Positions 1 through 8,491 of a stretch of DNA of 64,000 nucleotides are shown in pieces. Below the pieces are notes generated by a model. The model was not told the DNA's origin. It saw only the letters and a program-made list of their open reading frames with translations, and made no database searches. Location of the stretch: assembly GCA_963749155.1 (NCBI GenBank), contig CAVVLO010000005.1, positions 320,001 through 384,000 on the forward strand, given 5' to 3'. The DNA comes from an uncultured Armatimonadia bacterium. Its GTDB lineage: Bacteria > Armatimonadota > Zipacnadia > CAVVLO01. Within the stretch, counting starts at the first letter, position 1, and each line of letters starts with the position of its first letter. Both the position numbers and the translations under genes were made by a program.

Positions 1-891
1 GCCGCGCCAATTTTCGGTGGCTGGCCCAAACTTGTCGAGGCAGAACCCAACATCCCTGTCGCTATCGCGCTGCCTGATGGCCGGTCTCTAGAGTTCGAGG
101 TGCTGTCAGTTGTGCTCCCAACCGCTCAGGTGCGTCTTGGCGAGAGCCAGTTTGCTGTCATTTTTGGCGGCCAACCGGTCGTTTGCGGCAACCTTTTGCT
201 TAATGGCGAGTGGTTGCCAGGCCAGGTAGAGGCCGATCCCCTCGGTTTTATCGGTTTCAGCCCTGGGAGCAAGCTGCGTTTCACCCTTTGGCCTGTCGAG
301 TTGCCTGAGGGCGCCTTCGAAGGCAAGCTGTATCCAATGGTAAAGCCGACCTACGGCCTGCTTGGCAACTGGCTTGCACAATCTCCCGAGGGCAGTGAAG
401 AATTTCTTCCAGCGGCTTTCTGCGGAGTGCAGCTTGTCGCTGCCGACGATCTGGCCCAGGTTATGCGCGTCACTTCGGAGTCCCGTTTCCTGCGCTTGAA
501 CACCCCCCAGGAGCACGCCCACGGGCTGCTTGATCGCATCGGAGGGTGGAGTCAGATCTGGCTTCGTGACCACCAGTTTCTTTATTGCTACGCCAATCTG
601 GGTCGGGTGCTGGGCAAGTTCAGGCTGGGAGAGCCGCTCGAGGCGGGACGTACTTTCTCGTATAACGTTGGCTCACTTGGCCAGGGCAGCGCGCCGATAT
701 TTGGGCTTTATCTGCTTGGCGACGGCGAACAGCGCGACGTTTTCGATGCTGAGAAGCCTCTCGAAGAGATTTATCCAGGCCATTTCATAGATCCCAGGCC
801 TCTGCTCCGCTTGTTGCATCAGGCCACCTTTGGCGTCCCAATGGGCGAGGAGCCGCTGGTTGCCCCAGGGCAGGTTCCTCCTGGCGAATAA
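1..891 (+). CDS. Hypothetical protein, 5'-truncated by the window, with a degenerate M23/LytM-peptidase-like C-terminal region
   Basis: Frame is open from base 1. C-terminus YCYANL...G..LEAG...VGSLGQGSAPIF...FIDPRPLL resembles the M23 pattern YAHL...VG.TG.S..PHLH...IDP, but the His residues are missing. Confidence 0.5.
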   Translation, partial: AAPIFGGWPKLVEAEPNIPVAIALPDGRSLEFEVLSVVLPTAQVRLGESQFAVIFGGQPVVCGNLLLNGEWLPGQVEADPLGFIGFSPGSKLRFTLWPVELPEGAFEGKLYPMVKPTYGLLGNWLAQSPEGSEEFLPAAFCGVQLVAADDLAQVMRVTSESRFLRLNTPQEHAHGLLDRIGGWSQIWLRDHQFLYCYANLGRVLGKFRLGEPLEAGRTFSYNVGSLGQGSAPIFGLYLLGDGEQRDVFDAEKPLEEIYPGHFIDPRPLLRLLHQATFGVPMGEEPLVAPGQVPPGE

Positions 892-1019
892 AGGTGATAT
901 GCTAGACTTATTACAACCGCGAGGGTTTTGCCCCTGATGCGTCGGTTAGCTCAGGGGAATTTGGTCTTTTATAGCCTGTTTGGGCCCCACAACGACCCAA
1001 AGGAGTCTTGGTGAGCAGG

Positions 1020-1646
1020 ATGAGTTATCCAGAAGCTAACGATCCCTTCTTCGAACTGTTTGAAAAATTGGCGGGTAATGCCGTGCTTGCTTCCAGGCAG
1101 TTCACTACAATGCTTGCTGACTATGGCAATCGCGCAGAACACTTCGATACCATTTTCAATATCGAGCGCGAGGCCGACCTGATAGTCCACGAGATCATCC
1201 AGATGGCCCATCGCAGCTATACAACCCCTATTGCGCGCGATGACGTGCGGTCACTTACCTCCCTGCTGGACGACCTGGTCGACCAGGTCGAGGCTACGGC
1301 CGACCGGCTAATCCTTTACAATATAGAAACAATCCGGCCTGACCTGGTAGACCTTGCCGAGATTCTTCTAGGCGCCACTCAGGAGGTCGTCCTGGCGGTT
1401 GGTGAACTCAAGCATCTCAGCCATCCCGAGAAACTTGCCGAGCACTGCATAAAAGTTAACAGCATCGAGAATGAGGGCGACAAGGTTGGCCGCAAGGCCC
1501 TCGCGGCGCTTTTTTCCGAGCCTGATATCCAGGCGCTTGAAGCCCTTAAGTGGCGCGAGATATACGACTATATCGAGATGGCCATCGACCTGTGTGAAGA
1601 TGTGGGCGACCTGCTCGAGGGTATCGTATTGAAACGCAGCAGCTAG
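1020..1646 (+). CDS. DUF47 family phosphate transport regulator (PhoU-like)
   Basis: IEREAD..HEI...TPIARDD...LDDLVD and IENEGD...KWREIYDYIE.AIDLCEDV motifs. Confidence 0.85.
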   Translation: MSYPEANDPFFELFEKLAGNAVLASRQFTTMLADYGNRAEHFDTIFNIEREADLIVHEIIQMAHRSYTTPIARDDVRSLTSLLDDLVDQVEATADRLILYNIETIRPDLVDLAEILLGATQEVVLAVGELKHLSHPEKLAEHCIKVNSIENEGDKVGRKALAALFSEPDIQALEALKWREIYDYIEMAIDLCEDVGDLLEGIVLKRSS

Positions 1647-1680
1647 TCCATCGCGTAGTACAGCAGGAGCAAGTTGGCGC

Positions 1681-2094
1681 TTGGACGAGAACCACTTCCA
1701 ACTGGTGCTGGAAAGCCGGCGCAGCGCGCTACCTGCGGCTCGGCGCGCGCTCAGAAGCTGGCTGGCGCCAAGCAGGCTTAATCATCAGGAGCGCGAAGAC
1801 TTTATCCTGGCGATTGGCGAGGTACTGGCAAATGCCATAATCCATGGCAACCAGCAGGAAGCGCACAGGCAAGTGCAACTTGTGGGGCGATTTGAGGAAG
1901 ACGGGCATTTTATTACCGTCAGTATCCAGGATGAGGGGGAAGGGCTCTTCACCCCCGGCGAGCCTTATGATCCACTTTCCGAATCAGGTCGAGGGCTTGG
2001 AATCGCTTGCGATCTGGTAGATGAATTTGAGCTAGGCGCAAAACCAGGATTGGTGATTCTGGGCAAACGCGCTTCGCAAGTTGAACCTTTGTGA
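1681..2094 (+). CDS. RsbW/SpoIIAB-like anti-sigma factor / Ser-Thr kinase (HATPase_c_2)
   Basis: LAIGEVLANAIIHG (N box), IQDEGEG (G1), SESGRGLGI...LVDE (G2). Start codon uncertain (TTG). Confidence 0.85.
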   Translation: MDENHFQLVLESRRSALPAARRALRSWLAPSRLNHQEREDFILAIGEVLANAIIHGNQQEAHRQVQLVGRFEEDGHFITVSIQDEGEGLFTPGEPYDPLSESGRGLGIACDLVDEFELGAKPGLVILGKRASQVEPL

Positions 2095-2147
2095 GTTTTT
2101 GTAGTCTGTATATATAGTATTGCTAGCCTACAGTGGAGGTGGGCGCA

Positions 2148-3032
2148 GTGAGACGCAGTCCATTGCGCGCAGTATTTGTGTTGGCGGGGCTCTTGATGTT
2201 GCTCTGTCCGCTGACTGCGCAGTTTGCGATGGCTCAGCAGGTGGCTGAAGAGATACCCCCGCTGACCCTGTTCGAAGATGTGAAGCTTCTGCTTATCGCG
2301 CGTTTCCTCAAAATCACTCCGACCCAGGCCGGTCAGCTCGTGCCGATAACTCAGGTCATCGCCACCGGCGCCTCCCAGACCATCCAGGCCAAGTCAGCCG
2401 CTTATACTCAGCTGACCCAGGAGTTGGTTGCGGCCTATCAGGCTGCGGCAGCCGGTCAGGCGACCCCGCCTGCAGCCCAGGCCAATATGGATCGAGTCTT
2501 CGGCGCGCTGGATGACGCTCTGGCCGCGATCGAGGCCCAGGTTAATCCTGCCTTTGACCAGGCTTATGGCTTGCTCACGCCCGATCAGATCATCCTCATA
2601 ATGACTCCTGAAGATGAAGCTGCTGCGCGCGAGCTTGATGCGCAACGCCTTGAGGCGGCCCAGCAAGTTATGGTCGCCTTCCAGGAGCTGCGCCCCATAC
2701 CAGCAGAGCAGTATGAAGCCAACAAGGATGTCTGGGCTGACCAATATATTGCGGCCATCCTGGGCAACGATCCCGAAGCCATCAAACAACATCACGCAGT
2801 GATGCTCGAGGCGATGAATCGGGCCAGGCAAGCCACCCCCGACCAACTGCAGCGCTTTGGCCAGTATGGAGGTCAGATGCTGGCGGCTCAGCTTGGGGTG
2901 GGCGCGCAGGAAAGCTTTGATCCCTTGCGTAGCAAGCGGATCACGGCTTCACTTTTCGAACTTTTCCTGGCTCATCCACGCACAGCGACTCTTCTCAACC
3001 TTTATGCGATAAAGGGAGGGGGCAACCAATGA
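2148..3032 (+). CDS. Secreted helical hypothetical protein
   Basis: GGAGGT RBS before GTG 2148; signal peptide ending AMA-Q; LTPDQ motif reminiscent of Spy/CpxP. Confidence 0.65.
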   Translation: MRRSPLRAVFVLAGLLMLLCPLTAQFAMAQQVAEEIPPLTLFEDVKLLLIARFLKITPTQAGQLVPITQVIATGASQTIQAKSAAYTQLTQELVAAYQAAAAGQATPPAAQANMDRVFGALDDALAAIEAQVNPAFDQAYGLLTPDQIILIMTPEDEAAARELDAQRLEAAQQVMVAFQELRPIPAEQYEANKDVWADQYIAAILGNDPEAIKQHHAVMLEAMNRARQATPDQLQRFGQYGGQMLAAQLGVGAQESFDPLRSKRITASLFELFLAHPRTATLLNLYAIKGGGNQ

Positions 3033-3982
3033 GAACAATCACTCTCATTCTACTGCTTGGCCTTGTACTTTCGGTAGTGCCGGCTTTTGCCCAGGGTACA
3101 CCTTATCTTGCCCCGCCGGTCTCGCAGCTTGATACGACCCTTGACGGGCTGGACCTTATCTATCTGCTGGTTGATCTCAAACTCAACCAGGAACAGGTCG
3201 CCAGAGTCCAACAGATGGTGGCCGGCTATCAGCAGCAACAACAGGAAGCCGCCAAGACTTTCGTAGATGAACTGGGTCAGATTAGCGCGCAGCTTGCCAC
3301 TATCCGCGAGACGCTTCTTTCGGGAGGCTGGCCCAAAGGTCAGGAGCTTCAGGCCTTTAGCCGCGCGCTGACAGGGGGCAACCGAGGAGGTCGGGCTGGA
3401 GGACCACGGGTTGGCCGGGGAGGCCCAGGCAATGATCCGGCCGCTGGGATGATGCGGCAGTTCCGCGAAGTGCTAAGCCCTCAGCAGAGGCTGCTAATCG
3501 AGTGGGAAGCGCCCGATATGGAAGCTGCCGCTTTGCAACCTCCTCCGCCAGACCAGAACGCCCAGCAGCTTGAAGACACAATGGTTCGACTGGTAGCTCA
3601 GGCAGCTGACACAGTGCGTTTCTCCAATAAAAACGCTTACATCGCTCGCAGGCGCACCGAGGCTCAGAACGTGCTTGCAACGCTCAATATCCTGGAAAGC
3701 GATCCTACTTATGCGCGCAGGTTCCAGCAGTTGCAGGATCTCTTCGCTGATGTGCGGGTCATCCCGGAAGAGGAATATGGCAGCAACCGTACTCTGGACC
3801 GCATCCACGACCGGGCAATGCAGATCTTCGGCGACACTCTGCCCGGGGGCGCCGTGGCAAGTGGCCCCATAATTTCCGAAGCCGAGGTCCGTTTCTTGCT
3901 TATCGGGCCAGCTGCTCCGCTCGCAGCCAGCCAGAGGCTCAGTTATTTGACTTCGGCAGCCAGCCAGCCACCTACTCCCTAG
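3029..3982 (+). CDS. Secreted helical hypothetical protein, probable paralog of the upstream gene
   Basis: ATGA overlap with upstream stop; signal peptide AFA-Q; LSPQQ motif; Gly/Arg-rich insert. Confidence 0.65.
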   Translation: MRTITLILLLGLVLSVVPAFAQGTPYLAPPVSQLDTTLDGLDLIYLLVDLKLNQEQVARVQQMVAGYQQQQQEAAKTFVDELGQISAQLATIRETLLSGGWPKGQELQAFSRALTGGNRGGRAGGPRVGRGGPGNDPAAGMMRQFREVLSPQQRLLIEWEAPDMEAAALQPPPPDQNAQQLEDTMVRLVAQAADTVRFSNKNAYIARRRTEAQNVLATLNILESDPTYARRFQQLQDLFADVRVIPEEEYGSNRTLDRIHDRAMQIFGDTLPGGAVASGPIISEAEVRFLLIGPAAPLAASQRLSYLTSAASQPPTP

Positions 3983-3994
3983 AGGCTAACTAAA

Positions 3995-4015
3995 GTTGAG
4001 CGTATAACGCTCAAT
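3995..4015. promoter_or_regulatory. HAIR-like HspR operator (distal)
   Basis: GTTGAGC-N7-GCTCAAT inverted repeat versus HAIR consensus CTTGAGT-N7-ACTCAAG; hspR lies in the downstream operon. Confidence 0.7.
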
Positions 4016-4022
4016 AAAAACT

Positions 4023-4062
4023 GAGGCGGGGTTCCTGAATCGGGAACTCCGCCTCTTGTTTT
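4023..4062 (+). terminator. Rho-independent terminator
   Basis: Stem GAGGCGGGGTTCC/GGAACTCCGCCTC followed by TTGTTTT. Confidence 0.75.
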
Positions 4063-4088
4063 GGGTGTTTATCGAAGGCAAGAACCTA

Positions 4089-4118
4089 CTTGACAGTATA
4101 GCTATCAAGTTGTATAGT
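4089..4118 (+). promoter_or_regulatory. SigmaA promoter of the dnaK operon overlapped by a HAIR-like operator
   Basis: TTGACA (4090-4095)-17 bp-TATAGT (4113-4118); CTTGACA-N7-TATCAAG palindrome (4089-4109) covers the -35 box. Confidence 0.8.
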
Positions 4119-4166
4119 CTCATTGGCATAATAGCCATGACTTCCGTAAAGGAGAAGCATAAAACT

Positions 4167-6006
4167 ATGGGCAAGATCATTGGAATTGATTTGGGCACCA
4201 CCAACTCGGTGGTTGCCGTTGTGGAGCATGGCGATCCAGTCGTTATCGCCAATGCCGAAGGGGGTCGCACTACCCCATCGGTGGTTGCTTTCAGTAAAGA
4301 CGGCCAGACCCTGGTCGGGCAGGTCGCCAAACGCCAGGCGATCCTCAATCCCGAGCGCACGGTGGCTTCTATCAAGCGCAAAATCGGCACGCGCGACCGG
4401 GTAACGGTAGACGGCAAAGAATACAGTCCGGAGGAGATCTCCGCGCGCATCTTGCAGAAGCTGAAGCGGGACGCGGAAGCCTACCTGGGCGAGCCTGTAA
4501 CCGATGCGGTCATAACTGTGCCTGCCTATTTTGACGACGCTCAGCGCACTGCCACGAAAAACGCGGGCGAGATCGCCGGCCTCAACGTGAAGCGCATAAT
4601 CAACGAGCCTACCGCGGCTTCACTTGCTTATGGACTGGACAAGAAGAAGGAAGAGACCATCCTCGTCTACGACCTGGGTGGCGGTACCTTCGACGTGTCC
4701 ATCCTCGAGGTGGGCGATGGCGTGTTCGAAGTCAAATCCACCGCGGGTGACACGCGGCTTGGCGGCGACGATTTTGACGAGCGTGTAATGGACTGGCTTG
4801 CCGAGGAGTTCCTGCGCGAGAGCGGTATCGATTTGCGCAAGGATGCCCAGGCCCATCAGCGGCTGAAGGAAGCTGCCGAGAAGGCCAAGATAGAGCTTTC
4901 GAGTATGGTGCAGACCAGCATAAGCCTGCCCTTCATTACAGCGGACCAGAACGGGCCCAAGCATCTGGAGATGACCCTGACCCGCTCCAAGTTCGAGCAG
5001 CTTTGCGAAGACCTCTTCAAGAAGACCGTCGGGCCGATGGAGCGCGCTATGAGCGATGCCGGCGTATCCAAGGAAAACCTCGACGAGGTCATCCTGGTCG
5101 GCGGTTCGACTCGTATCCCGGCCATCCAGGAACTGGTAAAGAACTCGACCGGAAAGGATCCGCATAAAGGTGTCAACCCGGACGAAGTCGTCGCGGTAGG
5201 CGCTGCCATCCAGGGCGCGGTACTCGGAGGCGACATCCAGGACGTCGTGCTGCTTGACGTTACACCGCTTTCGCTGGGTATCGAGACCCTGGGCGGCGTT
5301 ACCACCAAGGTCATCCCGCGGAATACGACCATCCCGACCGCGCGGACCGAGACCTTCACCACGGCCGAAGACGGCCAGCACACGGTGGAGATCCACGTGC
5401 TGCAGGGCGAACGCGAGATGGCTGCGGGCAACCGGACGCTTGGGCGTTTTCAGCTTACTGGCCTGCCGCCGGCGCCGCGGGGCATCCCGCAAATCGAGGT
5501 TACCTTCGATATCGACGCCAACGGCATCCTCCACGTCAACGCCAAGGACAAGGGCACTGGCAAAGAGCAGAAAGTGACCATCAGCGGCACTGGCCAGCTT
5601 GGCAGCGACGAGATCGACCGGATGGTCAAAGAGGCTGAGGCTCATTCTGACGAGGACAAGCGCTTGCGCGAAAAAGTCGAGGCTCGTAACAAGCTCGATC
5701 AGCTTAATCTACCAGTCCGAGAAGACTTTGAAAGAACTGGGCGACCAGGTACCGGCCGATGCGAAGAGCAAGGTCGAGGCCGAAGTCGAGAGCGCAAAGA
5801 AGGTTCTCGATGGCGAAGACATCGCTGCTATCAACAGCGCTGCCGAGTCGCTGCAAGAGGCGCTGCTCGCGGTAGGTCAGGCGGCTTATCAGGCTCAGCA
5901 GGAAGCTTCTGCAGGGGCCGAAGCAGGGGGCGAAGCCGAAGCTGGCCAGCAGGCCGGCGAGGGCGAAGTCATAGACGCCGAGTTTACCGAGGACGAAACC
6001 AAATAA
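4167..6006 (+). CDS. dnaK: Molecular chaperone DnaK (frameshift near 5706)
   Basis: [28 protein letters not shown] motifs. The natural C-terminus (IYQSEKTL...[12 protein letters not shown]) lies in the shifted frame ending 6006. Confidence 0.97.
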
Positions 6007-6073
6007 GCGTGGTACTGGCTGGGGGCTGTGGCTCCCTCCAATTAATTAATCCCAAACTGGGAGGTGTCCTGAA

Positions 6074-6553
6074 ATGGCACAAGAGAAGAAACCCGTGCGT
6101 CGCGCAGACGCAAATCGCTGGGATCCCTTCGCGGAGCTGGAGGATATGAGAAGTCGCCTCACGCGCGCCTTCGACCTGCCTTCACCTTTGCGCTGGGCCG
6201 GCGAAGATCTGCGCCCAGCGGTCTGGGCGCCTTCGGTTGATGTAAAAGAGACCGAGGAAGAGTTCATCATCCACGTCGACTTGCCTGGCGTAAAGCCTGA
6301 AGACGTGGACCTGCAGGTGACCGGTGACACCGTGGTCATCAAGGGCGAACGCAAGTTCGAGCAGGAACAGGAGAAAGAAGGCTATCACCGGATTGAGCGT
6401 TCATATGGAAGCTTCCAAAGGGCCTTCACGCTCAACACCCCGGTAAAGGCCGATGCGATCTCCGCGGGCCTAAAAGACGGCGTGCTGACGGTGAAGCTGC
6501 CGAAAGCCGCGGAAGCCAGGAGTCGCAAAATCGATATAACGTCCGAGGAATAA
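6074..6553 (+). CDS. Hsp20/alpha-crystallin small heat-shock protein
   Basis: [14 protein letters not shown]...[11 protein letters not shown]...[10 protein letters not shown]. Confidence 0.95.
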   Translation: MAQEKKPVRRADANRWDPFAELEDMRSRLTRAFDLPSPLRWAGEDLRPAVWAPSVDVKETEEEFIIHVDLPGVKPEDVDLQVTGDTVVIKGERKFEQEQEKEGYHRIERSYGSFQRAFTLNTPVKADAISAGLKDGVLTVKLPKAAEARSRKIDITSEE

Positions 6554-6563
6554 GCAGGCAAGT

Positions 6564-6595
6564 GAAGCGCCCCGGGCCAAAACCCGGGGCGTTTC
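6564..6595 (+). terminator. GC-rich intergenic hairpin (terminator or mRNA stabiliser)
   Basis: GAAGCGCCCCGGG/CCCGGGGCGTTTC stem; weak U tract. Confidence 0.5.
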
Positions 6596-6614
6596 GCAGA
6601 TACCGGAGTTGCAG

Positions 6615-7052
6615 ATGGCTGGCGGTATAGACAGGTTTTATTGGTCGCTGAAGAGGCTGGAGCAGGTGCGCGCCGCGCGCCCGCCTGAGTTCGGGCTGAT
6701 ACCGCGCTTTGCTCAGGCCCCAGGTCAAGAAGCGTTCGAGGTGGCCGGCTGGACGCCCGCAGTCAGCATCTGTGAAAGGCAGGACGAATATCTGCTGGTG
6801 CTCGAGGTGCCAGGCACAGCTGAGGACGATCTGACTGTCGAAGTGCAAGGCGATACCGTCACTGTCTCAGGCCTGCGTATGGCCTATGAAGCTGAACCTT
6901 GTCTCTACCACATGCGCGAACGGGCGCAAGGCGCTTTTCAGAGGGCCTTCAGGTTTGATGTGCCAATTGATTTTGAGAAAGCCAGTAGCCGGCTCGCTCT
7001 TGGCGAGCTTACCGTGCGATTGCCCAAAGCCAGGCCAGGTGGTGAACTATGA
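6615..7052 (+). CDS. Second, divergent Hsp20 family protein
   Basis: WTPAVSICE...EVPG...[11 protein letters not shown]...GELTVRLPK. Confidence 0.85.
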   Translation: MAGGIDRFYWSLKRLEQVRAARPPEFGLIPRFAQAPGQEAFEVAGWTPAVSICERQDEYLLVLEVPGTAEDDLTVEVQGDTVTVSGLRMAYEAEPCLYHMRERAQGAFQRAFRFDVPIDFEKASSRLALGELTVRLPKARPGGEL

Positions 7053-8089
7053 GAACGCCGAACAACGACTATTTTGAGACTCTTGGCGTGAAGCGTGATG
7101 CCACTACGGCCGAAATCAAGAAGGCCTATCGCAAGCTCGCGCGCAAGTTTCATCCTGATGTAAATCCTGGCGATGAGAAGTCGGCTGAGAAGTTCAAAGA
7201 GATCAACGAGGCTTTTCAGGTCCTCTCCGACGAGAAGAAGCGCAAGCAGTATGAGCAGTATGGCACTGTCTTCCCCGAGGGCGTAGACCCGGAGGCGGCT
7301 GGTTTCGGCCAGGGAGGCGCCGGCGGTGGACCGGGCGGCTTCCGCACCTATTCGACCCAGGATGTCGGAGATCTGGACGATTTGTTCCAAAACCTTTTTG
7401 GGGGCTTTGGTCAGACTGAGGCAGGGCCGGCAGGGCGCGGCCGAAGCACTTTCGGCTTTGGCGCCAGGCAACCCCAGCCGCGCAAGGGCCAGGACATTGA
7501 GGCTGACCTGAAGCTGACTCTTGAAGAAGCAGCCAGCGGGGTGGAGCGAGAGCTGACTCTCACACTGCAGGAGCCCTGCGCGCGCTGCTCTGGAAGTGGC
7601 CAGACCGAGGGAGGGCTTTGCCCCGAATGTCATGGCGCAGGCTTTTCCGCTTCGCCGCGCAAGCTCAAAGTGCGCGTGCCCAAGGGAGTGACCGAGGGCA
7701 GCAGAGTACGCCTCGCGGGTCAGGGCGGCCCGGGCGCTGCAGGCGGGCCGAAGGGCGATCTGTTCCTGCGCACCCACCTGGTACCGCATCCGACTTTTCG
7801 CGCCGAGGGGCATGACTTGTATGTTAATGTACCCGTCAGCTTCGCGCAGGCGGCTCTCGGTGGCGAAGCGCGAGTGCCTACCCTGACTGGCTCAGTCAAG
7901 TTGAAGCTTTCTGCCGGCACCCAGGGCGGCCAGAAGTTTCGCCTCAAAGGACTGGGCCTGCCTGGGCGCGGCAAGGAAGCGGGGGGCGACCTCTACGCTG
8001 TCATCGCGGTCAAGGTGCCCAAAGAACTGACCGAAGAGCAGCGCAACCTGCTCGAGCAACTTGATGATAGCCTCGGTGAAAGCAGTTAA
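7049..8089 (+). CDS. dnaJ: DnaJ/CbpA-family co-chaperone with a half zinc finger
   Basis: J domain with HPD, G/F region, two CxxCxGxG repeats, C-terminal domain. Confidence 0.9.
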   Translation: MRTPNNDYFETLGVKRDATTAEIKKAYRKLARKFHPDVNPGDEKSAEKFKEINEAFQVLSDEKKRKQYEQYGTVFPEGVDPEAAGFGQGGAGGGPGGFRTYSTQDVGDLDDLFQNLFGGFGQTEAGPAGRGRSTFGFGARQPQPRKGQDIEADLKLTLEEAASGVERELTLTLQEPCARCSGSGQTEGGLCPECHGAGFSASPRKLKVRVPKGVTEGSRVRLAGQGGPGAAGGPKGDLFLRTHLVPHPTFRAEGHDLYVNVPVSFAQAALGGEARVPTLTGSVKLKLSAGTQGGQKFRLKGLGLPGRGKEAGGDLYAVIAVKVPKELTEEQRNLLEQLDDSLGESS

Positions 8090-8110
8090 CTGGGCAAGGG
8101 GCGACCGGGT

Positions 8111-8491
8111 ATGACCGATGATTACGAAAAAAATGGCTCTACAGAAGCGCGCGGAGAAGAAGCTCTCTTCGTGATAAGCGTAGCCGCAAGACTTGCTGAC
8201 GTGCATCCTCAGACTTTGCGGATGTACGAGCGCCGAGGCTTAATCTGCCCGCGCAGGACGACTCGCAAACGGCGGATGTACTCTGAGCGCGATGTGGAAC
8301 GGCTGCGGCGCATCCAGCGGATGACCCAGGAGATGGGCCTTAATCTGGCTGGCGTGGAACTGGCGCTCGATTTGCTGGACAAACTCGAGAGCCTCCAGCA
8401 GGAATTGGAACAGGAGCGCTCTCGCCTGCGCTTCGTGATGGAGCGTTATCAAGAACTTGCAAGTGAGGCTGGTGAGCCCAGCGATGTATAG
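8111..8491 (+). CDS. hspR: HspR heat-shock repressor (MerR family)
   Basis: FVISVAARLADVHPQTLRMYERRGL...MGLNLAGV signature; follows dnaJ. Confidence 0.9.
   Translation: MTDDYEKNGSTEARGEEALFVISVAARLADVHPQTLRMYERRGLICPRRTTRKRRMYSERDVERLRRIQRMTQEMGLNLAGVELALDLLDKLESLQQELEQERSRLRFVMERYQELASEAGEPSDV

Noticed and set aside
931..957. Hairpin CCCCTGA...TCAGGGG as a cis-regulatory RNA for DUF47
   Set aside because: A single 7-bp stem with no recognisable family; could be a weak terminator
4056..6149. 697-aa DnaK with a novel Arg-rich tail, or a dnaK pseudogene
   Set aside because: The tail is off-frame; the canonical C-terminus is intact in another frame after a 1-nt indel
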